In this document: positions 62,370 through 64,000 of the stretch, piece by piece | Layout: every line of letters begins with the position of its first letter | Position numbering within the stretch: position 1 is the first letter of the stretch | Program-made: the position numbers and the translations under genes | The notes under the pieces: model-generated | Databases searched by the model: none | Told to the model about the DNA's origin: nothing | What the model saw: only the letters and a program-made list of their open reading frames with translations | Source: Guillardia theta CCMP2712 | Lineage: Eukaryota; Protista; Cryptophyta | NCBI RefSeq assembly: GCF_000315625.1 | Contig: NW_005434670.1 | Coordinates: 82,237-146,236, forward strand | Length of the DNA stretch: 64,000 bases | Direction: 5' to 3'

Positions 62370-64000
62370 GATGTCAGACAACAATTCCATGAGCGCCTGT
62401 TCTTTCCTTCATTCCTTTCTGTGTTTCCATGCACTTTCCTCTCCTAGGTGTCACTCAACGGCATCTGACATTATGTGCAAAGATTGTTTGCAGTCACGGA
62501 AAACAACATCTACAAACCGCAATTCGAGCCATCGGAAACTTTGATAATTTTACATGCCACAGAAGACAACAGGGCGAATGCAAGCTATGACGAATATTCG
62601 GACGAGCTCAACGAGATTTTGGGAAAGCAAGTTACCTCAACCGTGTTTGTTGTTGATTGTACACCACTGGTGAGCATTCTGTCCAGCGGGATCTCTTCTG
62701 ATGTGATTTCCTGTCCTTTAGATGAAGGAATGGCCAAGAGAGTTGGCGTCGAGGTCGCTCGGGCCGGTAGGTCGTGGCTCGTTGCCTGACATCTCTTGTC
62801 CTGTAGGACGCATGTCTTTGCATGACCTCCTGTTGTTCTACCCGCAGGTCACGAAGCCTGTTGCAAGGATGCTGCAGAAGTTGAACGCACAGAAGATAAC
62901 ATTCCTCGTGTGTGGAGAAGCAGCAAGCTTGACGGTGATGAAGATGGTTGCCAACAATGTCTGTCGGGTGATGAGATTACGACTGTTGCGACGAGTTGCT
63001 AATACTTGTCTCCTCCTCCTCCTCTCCTCCTCTCCTTCTCTCCTCTCCTCCTCTCCTCTCATCCTCTCATCCTCCTCCTCCTCTCCTCCTCCTCCTCTTT
63101 TGTTTGCACATCCTTCTTTCCGTCACCGTCCTCCTTTCCCACTCCCGCGCTCGCTTTTCTGCCCCTCACGGTTTCAGGATTCCATCTCTGGAATCGTCTT
63201 TTTCCTCGAGGACGTTTTCATCGTGCCTGCACAGATCAAACAACAACTTGCAACTGCTCAAAGTTTGTTTCGGCATGATAATTTATCTTACTTGTGACTG
63301 GCCCCCTTCATCAGAAACATCGATCAAGTCTGCCGTTATCTCTCCTGTAAATCTCTTTGACTCAAATACCTGTTGTCTATGTGTTGGATTCTCGTTTTCT
63401 TGTTTCTTTCATTGTTCTTGCTCTATTTGATTGTTTCTTTGTGTTTCTCTTCTCCTGTTTGTGTTGTTTTTCCTCAGCGAAAATTCAAACATTTCACATG
63501 TGGACAATTCTCAGGACCTTGCCATATCACAACGAACTAGCGAATCGCTGCAAAGCTTCATGGACGGCGTGTCTTGCTATCAATCAAGTGATTTCCTTGA
63601 CGTCGACTTGTCTTGGACTCATATCACAGCGCAGGCAAGCTGCCCGACTTGCTCGTCAGGTGTCTTGTACAGATGCAAGGCGCAGACCAGCCAGACATGG
63701 AGGAAGTTGAAGGAGGAAAGATAATCATTGTCGCCGAGGTTGAGTTCAAGATTGACAGTAGAACCAAACAGGCAAGCAAGCTTCCATGCATTGTCATCAC
63801 ATTACAGCATCGTTCTCTTGTCATTACATAACATCATCATCCACGCAGGTGGTTCAGGATGTCACCTACGTAAAAGAGCTCAACCTGGAAGATGAGAAAG
63901 CAGAGGAGAAAGAGGAAACTCCACAGGAGGAGCAGCAGCAGGAGCTTCTTGGAACTTACATGTCACCTATTGAAAACCTTGCGAGTTCAACCAACAACAT
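62370..64000 (+). CDS. Hypothetical multi-exon protein, runs off window
   Basis: Exon-like segments with splice sites (YVQRLFAVTENNIYKPQFEPSETLIILH, VARMLQKLNAQKITFLVCGEAASL, DSISGIVFFLED); no family recognised. Confidence 0.45.

Overview
Intron-dense eukaryotic nuclear DNA: short (mostly 44-60 nt) GT-AG/GC-AG introns with CTGAC-like branch points, purine/pyrimidine microsatellite-rich introns and five N-gaps. ASAF-type bipartite leaders on LHC genes plus a signal-peptide-bearing histone H2A point to a nucleomorph-containing alga with a red-derived complex plastid, most likely a cryptophyte such as Guillardia theta (inference). About 19 protein genes are supportable: importin-5, a long coiled-coil protein, a mitochondrial carrier, H2A, two divergent LHCs, a TMC/OSCA-like channel, a SAM methyltransferase, a TPR protein, an Atg22/UMF1 MFS transporter, a WW/PPxY microexon protein, an intronless Cys-rich ORF, a PH + single-domain voltage-gated channel, an EAAAK-repeat protein, a DUF1279-like protein, a four-domain voltage-gated channel and some hypotheticals. 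Main signal: the two nuclear-function proteins (importin-5, H2A) carry signal peptide + transit-like leaders ending in a ubiquitin C-terminus mimic (LHLRGG, LRLRGG) just before the conserved domain, which the stroma-bound LHCs lack. This suggests deubiquitinase-type maturation of periplastid/nucleomorph-targeted proteins. Other notable items: a D/D/K/D channel filter, a duplicated symmetric microexon array encoding PPxY heptads fused to WW domains, a probable GA-AG intron, and recurrent GC-rich islands and motifs in divergent intergenic regions. Exon models were read by eye; no searches were run.
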